Origin: the human T2T-CHM13v2.0 reference genome, Homo sapiens
Reading direction: 5' to 3' (one strand)
NCBI RefSeq assembly: GCF_009914755.1
Contig: NC_060929.1
DNA length: 64,000 nucleotides
Below the pieces are notes generated by a model, which did no database searches, was not told the origin of the DNA, and saw nothing but the letters and a program-made list of their open reading frames with translations. A program made the position numbers and the translations under genes. Shown one piece after another: positions 1-11,354 of this stretch (the stretch's first letter is position 1; every line of letters starts with the position of its first letter).

Positions 1-200
1 GGGAGGAGCAAGGAGGGGGAGGAACAAGGAGGGGGCGAAAGCAGGGGAGAGGGAGGAAGAGGGAGATAGGAAGGATGAGTCAGAGAGGGGCTGGGAGGAC
101 AGGAAGAGGGAGGCCAGGAGCCTGAAGGAGGCGGGGAGAGGAGAATGGGGTCAGGGAATGAGGGAGGGAAATCTACCAGGAGGGAAGAAGCGGGAAACAC
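1..200. repeat. GA-rich low-complexity tract in IRX4 intron 2
   Basis: Almost pure purine strand with GGGAGGAG/GGGAG motifs. Confidence 0.8.
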
Positions 201-468
201 ACGCAGACCGAATCTGCCAGCTGATGAGGATTTAGTAGGGAACCAAAAACAAGAAACGCAGTGGCCACCTGCCGGGTCACCTGTCCCAGGGGGTGGGGGT
301 GGGGTTCTGAGGGTCTCGGCTGGGAGGCGCAAAGTTGAAGGCAGCCAAGGTGAGCGCCTCCCCTCTGTGACAGTACGGGGACCCGGACTGGCGCGCCTAC
401 TGGGGCAAAAGTGGGCTTGGCAAATCGAGGGCCAGGGGCAGGGCAAGGGCTAGGGATGCCCCACTTAC

Positions 469-720
469 CAGCGAGTAGAAGGCGGACGCCTCCGAGCCGT
501 AGGTCACGTAGTTGCCATAGCCCTGCGATCCGCCATAGGGACCCCCATAGACGCCCAGCGCCGCGGCCGAGTTGAGCTCGTGGCGCGCGGTGGCCAGCAG
601 CCGGCTCTCGTAGACCGGGCAGTAGACCGGCGCCTGGGCCGAGGCGGCGGGCCCGGAGTCCGCCAGCGTGCGGCCTCCGGACTCGCAGCACGTGCTCAGG
701 GAGTTGGTGGCCATCAAGAA
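469..720 (-). CDS. IRX4: IRX4 coding exon 2 (252 nt, 84 aa, FLMATNSL...SAFYSL); gene continues leftwards out of the window
   Basis: Translation matches the IRX4 N-terminal region as I recall it. Acceptor ctctctgcag| precedes 720 and donor |GTAAGT lies at 468-463. Phase 0/0. Confidence 0.97.
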
Positions 721-1263
721 CTGCAGAGAGAGGCCGCGAGGACTGGCGGGAAGCCGGGCTGGAGGCTGGGGCCCTGGGCCTTGCCAATCCCGCGCGCCGC
801 CCACGAGGGCGTGCCCCGAGTACCCCCGGGCCTCCCGCCGTCCACACCAGGATGCTCGCCCCTTTCCACTAGCTTGTGCGCGTCTGGCCTCCTCCGCCAC
901 GTGGGGCCCAGCCGAGCACCTACACCCTTCCCGGGAGGGTTTCCAAGGCCTCTGACGCCATTTGCGCGCCAAGCCTCCTTCCCCAGGGGTTCCTTGGGGT
1001 CCTAGGACTCCCCTGGGGCACAGCCTGAGCCTTGTGGTTCAAACATCAGGGAACCCGGGCCCGGCCCGTCGGATTTTCTTAGCGCCTCGGCCTTTCCCCG
1101 GGGGTTTGGGGAGCAGGGGTTGGGCGTGAGGGGCGCGCGACCCAGGCCTTGCTAGCTCGGAAGCCGCAGGCAGTCGTAGGTCGGACACTCCCCACCCCCC
1201 GTCCCCGCCCCATCCGCCCTACCGGCACCTGCGGTGGCCTGGGCGGGGCGGGGCTCCGCTTAC

Positions 1264-1308
1264 CTGGGGAGCCGAGGAGTAGGGGTATCCAAACTGCGGG
1301 TAGGACAT
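1264..1308 (-). CDS. IRX4: IRX4 coding exon 1 (MSYPQFGYPYSSAPQ)
   Basis: ATG at 1308-1306 in GCCCGCCATG context. 15 codons with the Iroquois-family MSYPQFGY start, then donor CAG|GTAAGC; joins exon 2 in frame. Confidence 0.97.
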
Positions 1309-1408
1309 GGCGGGCGCGGCCCGGGGCGGACGGGTGGGGCCTGCAGGGTTCTGCGCGCTGGGGCCGGCGTGGCGCGGCCACTGCTCCGGAGCTGCAGGCT
1401 TCTAGGCG

Positions 1409-1440
1409 CTGGGAGGGCGAAGCAGGAGAGCCGGTTAGTC
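1409..1440 (-). other. IRX4: 3' splice site inside the IRX4 5' UTR (accepts the distal first exon)
   Basis: Minus strand reads GACTAAC (branch point, 1440-1434) cggctctcctgcttcgccctcccAG| with AG at 1410-1409. Confidence 0.75.
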
Positions 1441-1864
1441 CATCCCTGCGCTCCGCAAACTTTTCTAACCGGGTAACAAAGTGAGCAGCGGTGGCCGCCG
1501 CGATTCCTTTAACTTCGCATTCCGGAGGCTCGAGGGGGCTCTGGGACCGAGCGGCCTCGCAGCGGCGACAGAAATACATATTTTACGAAAAAGAAAAAAA
1601 AAAAAACGAGTCGCGCGAACCCGTCAAGTCAGATGTGCGCGGCTTGAAGCGGAGGAGGCTCTGACGTCAGCCCCACCTCGCGCAGCCCGGCCTGGCCGCA
1701 GACTCGCCGGTCACTCGCCGGCGGCTCAGGCCGGGAGGGGCCAGGACAGTCCCGGCCGCGCGGTGGACGGAGGGGCCATTCCTCCGGGCGTTAGCAAATA
1801 AATTCCATCCGAGTCAATATCGCCCAGCGAACGGTGTTTCTCTTTAGTCACCCGAGAACGAGAG

Positions 1865-1992
1865 GCACTTTTAATTAGAAATTAATTAATGAGCAGCTGC
1901 TCCTTCCCGCCCCACTGTAATCATTCGTCTCAATTACAAATGAGACCTATGAAAGGACACGCTGAAGATGTAATCAACAGTTAAAATTAGCC
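1865..1992. promoter_or_regulatory. AT-rich homeodomain-site cluster in the proximal promoter
   Basis: TAATTAGAAATTAATTAAT 1872-1890, GCAGCTGC E-box and further TAAT/ATTA cores embedded in GC-rich DNA. Confidence 0.6.
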
Positions 1993-2619
1993 CGGCGCTG
2001 CGCAGGCGGCCGGCCCGGCCTCGCGCTGGCGCGCTCTGCTCCGAGTGGCAGGAAGGGGCTCGCAGGCGCCCCGCACGCGTCTCGTCACTATTGTTTAATC
2101 GAGAATCAGCAACGCCTCCCGCCGGTTTCCACCCTACGCCGGAATGGACTTTCAGAACCCACTGCGGCCGCAAGACAGCCCGCAAGAGCTGGTCAAAATG
2201 CCCTCAGGTGCGTGGGGGCTTCGGGGCCTTAGTTGGAGCCCGACACCCTGAGACTGGCGGCCCGAGGGCTGTAGGGCCGCCCCGGGCGTGCGCCCACCGG
2301 CTTTGCACCTCTGGGCAGCCGAGTGTCGCGGAGAACGCCCCATCTTCTCCACCGCGGTCTTTTAAGTTCCCGCTCAGCCCACCGCCCCCACCTCGCCTCC
2401 CCGACTTTCCTCCCCGATCCCCTTTCCGCCGGCCGTGCTCCGCCGGCTTCCCCCTGCCCCTCGCGGCTAAGCCGGGGACTGCCGGGCGGCCCTGCGCGCT
2501 CGGAAGAGCAGGTTCCTCAACCCAGGCCCCGGCCCCTCCCGCTAAGCTCGTCCCTCCCGGCGCCCCGCAGGGCTGGCTGCGAGGGAGGGGGCGTTGGGTG
2601 CCTGGCGGAGGCGCCCTCC

Positions 2620-3310
2620 CCTGTCCATTTTGCCCAGCTTTCTGTCTGGGGCGCACGGAGCAATCGGAAGAGGGGACCGAGCGCCCACCCCAGGACTCCC
2701 TCGGCCAGTACCCTCCCTGGGACTTTGCCCAAGTTCAAAGCGGAGGCCAGTGAGCAGGCGGCAAGGGGGCGCCCGGGCCATCCCGAACCCGTTCCCCGCC
2801 TTCTGCGCCATCGCCCTCCGGGACCGGGACTCGCCCCGGTTGCCCTCGCCCCCTGGGCCGGCCTCCCGTGGTAAGTTGGGAAGGAAGCCGTGCAAGGCAG
2901 CGTTGTGCAGACTTGCTCAGAAAGATTCCTTGGTTCAGACCTGTGAATCGCCCCAGGGTCACCCTCTAATTAATGATGACGTCCTCGCCCTCTCCCCAGC
3001 TGCAAGCCTGCCTCCCAGAAACGAAATCTGCCTGCTCTTTTGACAGCTCGGTTGAAGGTGATTGATGACTATCTGGAGACCACAGTACACATCATATAAT
3101 ATCTGCTGCGTAATTGCTTTAATTTACAGATGAAAATACGAGTTCTCCGATCGCGTTGGACCGGAGCGGGCCACGTCCGAGCTGCTTGCAGAGGGAAACC
3201 ATCGGAAATAATGAATAGCCGCTCCATGCAAATTATTCAGACAGTTTAGCGTCGGTAGCCGCGAGAAATATATAAAGAACACGAGTCAAATGACATTAAT
3301 AATTGTTTCT
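2620..3310 (+). ncRNA. Probable two-exon antisense lncRNA (IRX4-AS1-like); ends approximate
   Basis: Plus-strand donor GTG|GTAAGT at 2871-2876 and acceptor tgcctgctcttttgacag| ending 3046 (alternative ctctccccag at 2999). An antisense RNA upstream of IRX4 is recalled from annotation, not verified. Confidence 0.45.
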
Positions 3311-3430
3311 GAATTCTGTATTGATTTCGCGGCAGGCCGCGTTTCTTTCTTTCTCACCTGAATCGCTAATATCACCTTCCTGTAAATAATAAGAAACTAG
3401 CCACCGGGGTTTCTCGCTAGAAATGAATCT
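3035..3430. promoter_or_regulatory. Candidate conserved enhancer (MEIS, PBX-HOX, POU and homeodomain sites)
   Basis: TGACAG 3041-3046, TGATTGAT 3059-3066, ATGCAAAT 3226-3233 and multiple TAAT cores; AT-rich yet retains CpG. Confidence 0.6.
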
Positions 3431-4619
3431 CTCAACCCCTTTCCCTCTCCTCCTGCTCCTCCCCTCCCCCACCCTCCTTCCTCCCCTCTCCCACCCTCCC
3501 TCCTCCCCACTCCTTGCAGTTTTCTGGTTTTTCCCGAGCATCCTTCTACTTCCCATTATTTATTGTTTACAAACTACTCGCTCTCTCCAGGTAATGAGGC
3601 CCGGCTGAAGGAGGGGTGTGAGCCCAGCCGGGCCAAGGGCTGGGATGGGGAGTAGAGACCCCCAGAGGGGAGGCATTCAGCTGTGGCTTGTCCTTTCCTC
3701 ACCTATACTCGGGGACCTGGCCTCGGCGACTGTGAGCACTCCGCCGGCTGAGGGGGAGAGCCAGGGCCCAGGGGCCCAGCCACCTATGCCCTGCACCTCT
3801 GGGCTCTAGTGCAACAGCTCAGCCCACCCAGACCTGAGGCTGGTGCATTTCCTTCCTTCCAGACCCGGCGGGGCTTAACTGGAGCGGAAGCCCCAGAACA
3901 GGCGGCCATTCATCTTCTGAGCAGAGTCTGGGAGAAGCAGCCTCCACTTCCCAGGGCAGCCAGTACGTGGGGGCCCTTTCGGGGGCTTCCTTTGACCACC
4001 ACCGCCACCTTCTCCTGTTCTCTTTTGCCTTTCCAGCCTGTGTGCATAAATCGACGCTCCAGTCCCCACCAGCGGGCGACCCTTTCTCCCTGACCCAGAA
4101 ACCTGGCCTCTGAATCGGCTTTCCCAGGCCGCCGCACACACACGCTCCACTTCCTGCCCGCCAGCAGGCCCCAGCGCCTGGGGTCCGGGCCCAGTCACAG
4201 TCACCCTGCCTCGGGAAGCTCGCAACTGCCCAGGAGGCCTCCTGACCCGCCCGGCCTCACCCAGGCCCCACTACTCATTCCAGGACACAGGGTCAATCCA
4301 GCCTGTGGATCGGCGACCACCGGGACATCTCACTGAAACCCTGTAGCCTGGCCTAGGCCCGCCTGCCCAAACCGGGGATTCTCACTGGGCCACCCTTCTC
4401 CCATAGATAATACTGGAATATTTTCCAAGTGCCTTCACCAAAAGGCCAAGCCTGGAGCGGAGGCACCCAGTGTCCCTTTCACCAACGATAGGACGCTCAG
4501 CATCTCAGGTATCAGCTGAACGCGTCTGCATAGACTCGGAGTGCTGAGCCTTCCTCCCTCTAGGGACCCCCGGTACTAAATACACCCGTGAGCAGGTGGG
4601 CCAGAAGTCAGCCGGCTCC

Positions 4620-6580
4620 CGGAGTACACAGCACCGGCTCAGCTTCGGGGAGATGAGGTGCTCCCGCTGGCCTGGAGCGCTCCGAAGAGCGGAGGACCAG
4701 GGCCGGAGCAGGCCGCAGGGGAGGCAGGGGATGGTCAGCCCCTAACGCGAAGCGCAGGCGGGTCGCCTATTTTGACGGGGTTACCGTTGGCCGTCGGAAC
4801 CATGGAAGGCCTCCGGGGAGACAGGCCGGGCCCTGACCCTTCTTCGGCCAGCCTAGCCCTGGTGCTTCAGGAGTTACCCTGGGGGCCACCAGTTCCCCGC
4901 ACCAAGAGCTCGTCCGGAGGGAGCTCCTTCCAGCCCAGAGAAGTTAACTCCAGCCAAAGGCGAAGCCGGGAGCCCGGGGCACCAGGCAAGGGCCTTTCTT
5001 TCTGAGGCCTGGGGCCAGAGACCTTGGGGGCGCCTGTGCCCGCCCACCGCTCGGGACACCCGGCTGGGGTGTGGGTTTGAGAGGCCTCACGGTCGCTGAC
5101 GCCGCACTGGCGAACCTCGAGGTTGGCAGGTCATTTCCTCACAGCCCCGAGGCCCCCTCGGAGCCAGTGGTAGGAGAAGGAGCCACAGGGACAAGCGGTG
5201 AATCTCTGGATTCCCAACCGCCCTCCATGGGGGCCCGCGGCCCTCTCCCTCCTCTCTCCCGCTGCGCCCCCGCCGCTTGCTCCCTGGGTACGGCCTGAGG
5301 CTGGACGGAGCGCCGTCCGGGCGTCCAGGACTCAGGCCTGGCCACTCCGAGCCCCCCACCCCCCGCCCCGCGCCGGCCCGCGCACCCTGCTTCCCGCAAC
5401 TTGCAGCAAACGCAGCGGCCTCTGGAGAGCCTAGCGACGGGTAGCAAACTTTGTCCCCTTAAGCGCAAGAGCAATCCTCGCAAAGTTTGTGCGGCGGAGC
5501 CCACTCCCTACCTGAGCTGGGGAAGCTCCCGCCCGCGCCGTGTGGCTGCCGGGGCCGCGGGGAGCAGCTCGCAGCCCGGGACGCACCGGGGAGTCGCCGC
5601 AGCCGCCGCCGCCCGCTCCCCTCGGCGGCCGCGCGGAGCCTCCGCCTCCTCGGAAGGGGGGAGGGGTCTCGGAACCCCGGGGCGGGGGCGGGAGCGGGGG
5701 ACCTCACCTACCTGCGGTGGCGCTGGGCCGCTCCCGGCAGCCCGCGAGGGCTCCGCGCGGAAGCTCGGCGCGCGCGCTCCAGCGGGGAGCCGGCGACAAC
5801 TAATGGAGACATTTCCAGGCGGAGCACCTGGCGAGCGGAGCGCGCCGGCGTCCCCAGGCGCCGCGGTCGTCAGCCGAGCCCGCACCGGCGTGACGTGGGC
5901 GAGCGAGCGCGCTGCTCCCACCCGGCCGCCCATTAACGCTTTCTCCCGCGGGCGCCGCGCTCTTGCCAACTTTCCCCTCCGTCCGGTCTGCGCGCGGCGC
6001 GCCGGGTGCAGGAGCTGGGGTGAGGGCGCCCCGGGTGCCAGCAGGGGCGCTGGGAGCTGTTTGGGCGGGGACGTAGGGCTCCGGGAGGTCACACAGCCCT
6101 AACAGGACAGTGGGAAGGCGCGCGAGCCAGATTTGGCCAAACGCTAAGCTCGCTGCGGCCTCGGGCCCTCGGCCCACGGGGCCCCTCTCCCCGTTTGGGC
6201 TGCCCCACCCAGGGACGCTTGGGCCGGGCGCGAAGAGCCCGGAAATAGCCACCCTTGTCGTCGGCCCGGTTTCCCTCCGAGGTCTTAGTATTTCCCCCCT
6301 CCCCCACCCCCCAAGGCCTGTGGAGGGCGAGGCTGCTGCTCCAGCCAACCCTCGGAATTGGCTGCAGGGCGCTCAGGTCCTGCCTTTCTTCCCCTGCCCC
6401 TCTCCCAAGCCCCTCCGTGCTAAGCGGCCCAGTTCTGGGTTCTCTCCTGGTGCCCACGCTAGTCCCTAGCCGGCTCACTCTCAAAACAGCAGGCTGTGGC
6501 AGGGGCAAAGCCTAGGTCCGGGCACCAGGACCCGGGCAAGTGGGCGCGAATGGACCACGGTGATAAGCCGCCCGAGGACC
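4620..6580. promoter_or_regulatory. CpG island, distal IRX4 promoter, probably bidirectional
   Basis: Dense CpG with GCC/CGG runs, TGACGTGG at 5891, and strong minus-strand donors on its left side. Confidence 0.85.
5512..5900 (-). other. IRX4: Distal non-coding first exon of IRX4 with alternative donors; start site approximate
   Basis: Minus-strand donors CAG|GTAGGT (exon end 5712), TAG|GTGAGG (5708) and CAG|GTAGGG (5512). Matching acceptor at 1410-1409. Confidence 0.65.
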
Positions 6581-9500
6581 AATGAGTCTGTGACCTGCCC
6601 GGGCTAAGGGGGGCATGCCCTGGTGGGGAGCCTGGTCCCAGCCGCCAGGGTTAGGGGAGGGCATGGGGGCTGGACCTCTGGCCTGGGGTCAGACTAGGGC
6701 TGGAGGGTCTTCCGCTTCTGCAGCCTGAGGCCAGGACCCAGTCAGGGAAGGTGCGCCTGCGTGCAGCTTGCCCTGCCCCTCCCTCAGGGAGCTGGGGGGC
6801 CCCTACCCTGCCCCCGCCCCCTCGCCCCCGCAGCCGGGCACAGGTCTGTTTGTCATCCACAGAGCCGCTGCTCTGCAGAGGTCAAGACAGGCCCGGAAGG
6901 GAAGCTGGAGCAGCAGGTGACCGGCTGCCCAGGTCAGAGCCAGAAGGGACTGGAGGATGATGCAGCCCCAGGGCTCCTGGGGGATGAAGGAACTAGGGCC
7001 CTGAGAGGGCCACTCTCCCAGGCACTGGCCTGGCTGGGGCTGCAGACGCGCCCCCTGGTTCCCATGCTGCCCCCATTAGTGGCGATGTGCGGGGCAGGGC
7101 AGCCTCACTCCTACCTGGAGGATGTCCTTTTGGGCAGTGCCATGGGGTATTTGGGGCAATCCTCACATATATTTGCTTCCTTCCTTTATTCTACCCTCCT
7201 CCTCCATCATTTTTACTTCAAAGAACCATGAACTTGTTTCTTGTCATCTGTGGTCATGCAATGACATTTGAGATTTGTTGACTTGGACAATCTCTGAAAA
7301 AGTTATTTGCATCGTTTTCTTCAGCTCTCTCTGTAGCTGCGGGAAAGGGAACAGGCCTCTGCTTGCCTCCCCATTGCACAGGGAACCATCCTTGTCTGCA
7401 AGCCTTGCTCATCCTTCTTTTCCTCCACCCGTGGGGCTTCCACGGGGAAAGAAGAGGGCCCAGAGTGTCCAGCCCAGGTGCTGGATCGAGAGCTCCAGGG
7501 GCTCCCCCGGGAAGGACGAGGCTTTGGTCTCTGGCCTGCTCTGGCAGCAGGGAGGTGGAGTGGGCCGTGAGGCATGGTGCGGACCGTGCGTGTGAGTCAC
7601 CAGTGCAGCCCATGGGCGGACTCTGGGGCACAGGGAAGGGGGCTCTGGTTCTAGGTTTCTACCCTCCAGCTTGCTTCAAAGCGTGGGGGACAGATGGGCG
7701 GGAGCGAGCGGGTGTGCCCTCCGTGTCAGATGGAATCGTCCTCCTTGGGAGGTGGGGAGAGCGTCTTCAATTCCAGCCAGAAGGAAGTTGAGGCCCAGCA
7801 GGCTCCACCCCGGAAGGGAGAGGAGGCCCCTCCGTCAGGACTTGCAAGCTCATGTGGCGTCAGGACTGCCTGCAAGCTCATGTGGACTTAGGTTCTTGTT
7901 AAGGCTCAGTGTAAGCAAAGCGTATGTGCCTTTCCAACCTGACTTCACGCAATGAACTCCTTTCATAGGCACTGCGGCCTCTTCAACAGCAGCAACAGTG
8001 GCTAAGAGGCCCTGAAGCCCACAGATGAGGAGCTCAGGGTCACCACCCCGCAGAAAGGGCTCACTGCTAGGATCTTCGTAGCTCAGAGACTGTCAGGCAT
8101 CCTCTGAAACAACCCCGCCTCCCATCCCTAGCGAGGCTCCGTGTGTGACTTTGTCCCCTTCCCTGGAGGGCAGGGCCAGCTGTGTCCTCCCCCACCTTGG
8201 TGCTCCATCCTCAGCACAGGTCCTCTGCACACTGCCAGGCCTGACCTTACCCTGATTTCATGACTCAAGCGACCATGGGCATCTGCAGCTGCCCTCTGCC
8301 CCTCAGCCCTTGACCTTGAGGGCAGGGGAGCTGCCCCCACCCTCCTGCTCAGTTTCCAGGCGCTCTGAGGAAAGGATGGAAATTCCCAGGTCTTGGCCAG
8401 GAGGCCTGGCAGGGAACATCTGTCTGGGGCCTCCAAGCGAGCAATCAATCCAGAAAGTCTGTCTGCAGCCTGGGCCACCCCTGCAGGGGAGTGTCCTCCA
8501 GGGCCGGCTGTGCCTGGCCTCTGCTCCGTATCCTGCTCCCCCCATGGATCCTCTTTCAATCCCTCTTTTGTTCTTCCTGCTGGCAGGGCCCCCAGAGTGC
8601 AATCTGAAATAGAAGTCTTTGTGCCCCCAGGGCTTGGCCACGCTGCCGCCTCCTCCTCCTCACCTGGATGCTGCTGTAGCATGCACAGGCATCTGGGGTG
8701 GAGAACGCCATCCAGGATTGTCCTGAGGCGTGGTCCTAACATAGCTCCCGGTGCCTGTTGTCACCCAGAGCCCCACAGCCTCATCTTCTCCACCCTTTCC
8801 AGAGACCCAGGAGGGGAAGGAGGCCCTTCCCCAGGCCAAGGGGGAGGCCTGGGAAACCTGTCTGAAGTGAGGATGGTCTCCAAAGCATCCCTGGGCACTA
8901 GTTCACAGAGATGCTCTTGTCCTTGGAAGGCTGGTCCTGACAGCAGAAGGGCAGTGTTTGCAGGATGTAGCTCCCTAGGGGTGTGGGGTGGACAACAGTG
9001 TCTTTCATCTCTGGAAGCTCCCTGAGCTCCTGGCTGCTTCAGGGGGTCCCCAGCCTTGGGGCCCAGCCAGTGCTGCAGGGGCAGCCTCCCTTGTACAGCA
9101 CAAGGGCAGACACAGTGAGTTTCTTTCCCAAGCAGAGTGGCATCTGGGTGGAGACGGCGCTGTGTGGCCAAGGATCAGTGGTGCGCATGGCTGCTGCAGA
9201 GTGACCACCAGTGGCTAGCCAGGGGTGGGAGCTTGAGCCCCTTTCACTCTCCTTCTCCTGCTGTCCTGTCCTTGTGAGGCTGGAATGAGGCCAAGGGAGC
9301 AAAAGTTGAGAAGTTATTTATTTCTCCTCTTTTCGGGATGAAGAAACGGTGTCCATAATACTGAAATGCATCAGCAATTTTAAGAAGACCTCATTATTAA
9401 AAGCGAAAGGCTATTAGTTCCAGCAGTGTCTGCAGTCTGTATATTTAAATTTGAAATGTTTACCTGGCACAACCTCAAATCACGAGAACCCCAGCTAGAA

Positions 9501-10874
9501 GAGACATCCACATGAGATTAAGTTATTTTAAATTGTAGAAAAAGGCAGCAGTATGTACGACTGCCAAGTGACTTGAATATTGTTTTGAATTATTTGATGT
9601 AGCATTAAGAAAACCTTCAGTAGGTAGAGAAGAAATGTATAAGTGTATCTTAAATGCAATTACTCTTTGCATATTGCTATATGTGGTAGGAACCTCAAAA
9701 ATACCGAACTATAGATGTAGGAGAGGCCCTGAAACCTGGGAGCTAATGGGGTCTCCTGCCTGGAATTTGCAGGGAGGTTACATTCCTGAAATGAGAATGT
9801 ATGAGAAACAGCAGAAATGAGAAACAGCATCGCTGCTTCCTGAGGGCTGTTACTGACATGAACGATTCTCTAGTACTTGGATGCAAAATGTACTTTAATA
9901 AATAGAAGGTGACAAGACACCATGTAGCATCTTCATGGGTCAGTACGTAAATAGGAGAGAAGAAGAGGCAGAGCCCTCCTAAGGGTGACCTCCGTCAGCC
10001 CCAGGAACTTGGGCCTGGGTGCCGCCCTCAGGCTGAGTTCTCTGATACTAGTCCTGTCCTGCCACAGCACGGCATTGTGACTTCTTCCCTATACTCCCCA
10101 GCAGGGCTTTGGGGAGGTCCGTGATACTCACCTCCACTTCTGTGATGCCCAGAAAGAGACAGGAAGTGAGGGAACACGAGTGCACGTCGAGGCACCACGT
10201 TTTGTCGTTTGCGTTGAGGAGCTGGCCTCTGTCTGCACCTGGCTGCCCTTTGAGCCTGGGCGTGCTCCCTTTAAGGGCTCATCCAGGAACATGTGCCAGC
10301 GACCCAAAGATGGTCCTAAAAATTAAAGCGCGCTCCCTGGTCTCACAGACACCTGGGGAGCATTCCTTATCCTAAGTTAAACCTCAGTGCTGGCGGTGGC
10401 AGCGCGCCTGCAGTGACCAGTATAATGCACCAGTCATTTAATTACCGTGGCAGTAAATCTCGCACGAATATCCTCCAGGAGTTAGCTGATTTTTATATAA
10501 AAAAATTTCAGAGTATTTCTTGAAATTCAATTAATTGAAGGCCCCAGATAAAAGGAACACATTGTTAATGGCTATAAAATAACCCTGAGGGAGGAGACGG
10601 AGCGCAGAGCCTGACTTCAAAGTGTGGTAGAAATACTTACTGTCTTACTTTAAAAGTATTCAGATCAATGAATCAGTTAAAATTACTTATACGCTTAGCA
10701 ACCTTTTCATTGACTGTTTGAAAATGACAGAAAGAGAAGCTTTTATTGTCCATGATATGAAAGCTCCGGAGGAGAAACTGTAGTTTTGCCACTTGGTCAG
10801 GAGCAGCATCAGGACCAGACCTGGAGGCTCAGGGCTTTGTGAACTGGGAACGCCTCTTCCCTTTCCTGCTAGGA

Positions 10875-11354
10875 GGTTGTAGGAGGGTCCTGGGGCTGTC
10901 ACAACAAAGAATCACAACTGGAGGCTTTGGCAACAGAGCCTCGTGTTCTCCCAGTCCTGGCGGCCGGAGGTCTGAGATCCAGGTGTGGAGAGGGCTGGTG
11001 CCTCTGAGTCTAAGGCTGGGACAGAGCCTCGGCTTTTGGCCAAAGCCATTCAACAAGTCTGTCTTCTGCCATGGTGGCTGCCGGCAGACTGTGGAGTTCC
11101 TAGTGGGTGCATCTCCCCAGCCCCTGCCTGCATCGTCGCAGGGCCTTGCCCCTGTGTGTGTCTCTGTGTCCATACTTCCCTGTTTTATAACGACCCCGGT
11201 CATCTTGGGTTGAGGCCCATCCTTCTGCAGTAGGACCCCATCCTAACGGATGACATCTGCAGCGACCTTGTTTCCAAATAAGGTCTCATTCTGATGAAAT
11301 GGGGTTAGGACTTCAACCCATGAGTTTTTGGGGGACACAATTCAACTCAGAACA
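10875..11354 (-). mobile_element. MaLR LTR (MLT1B/C-like)
   Basis: Terminus ggggacacaattcaactcagaaca and internal tttccaaataaggtc..attctga, gtctgagatc.aggtgt resemble the MLT1 consensus. Confidence 0.8.

Larger units (their letters stand above)
480..3290. promoter_or_regulatory. CpG island over IRX4 exons 1-2 and proximal promoter
   Basis: Very high GC and dense CpG. Full CRE CTGACGTCAG at 1661-1670, poly(dA) tract 1588-1607, GC boxes. Confidence 0.9.

Noticed and set aside
173-972. ORFs of 224 aa and 191 aa over IRX4 exon 2
   Set aside because: Only 469-720 is real coding sequence; the extensions are intron read-through or a GC-driven alternate frame.
2091-6515. Many 100-230 aa Arg/Pro/Gly-rich ORFs
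   Set aside because: Expected in CpG islands because stop codons are scarce; no recognisable domains.
8411-8426. Possible androgen response element GGAACAtcTGTCTG
   Set aside because: Spacer is 2 bp rather than 3 and the second half-site is poor; cannot be tied to the known risk variant.
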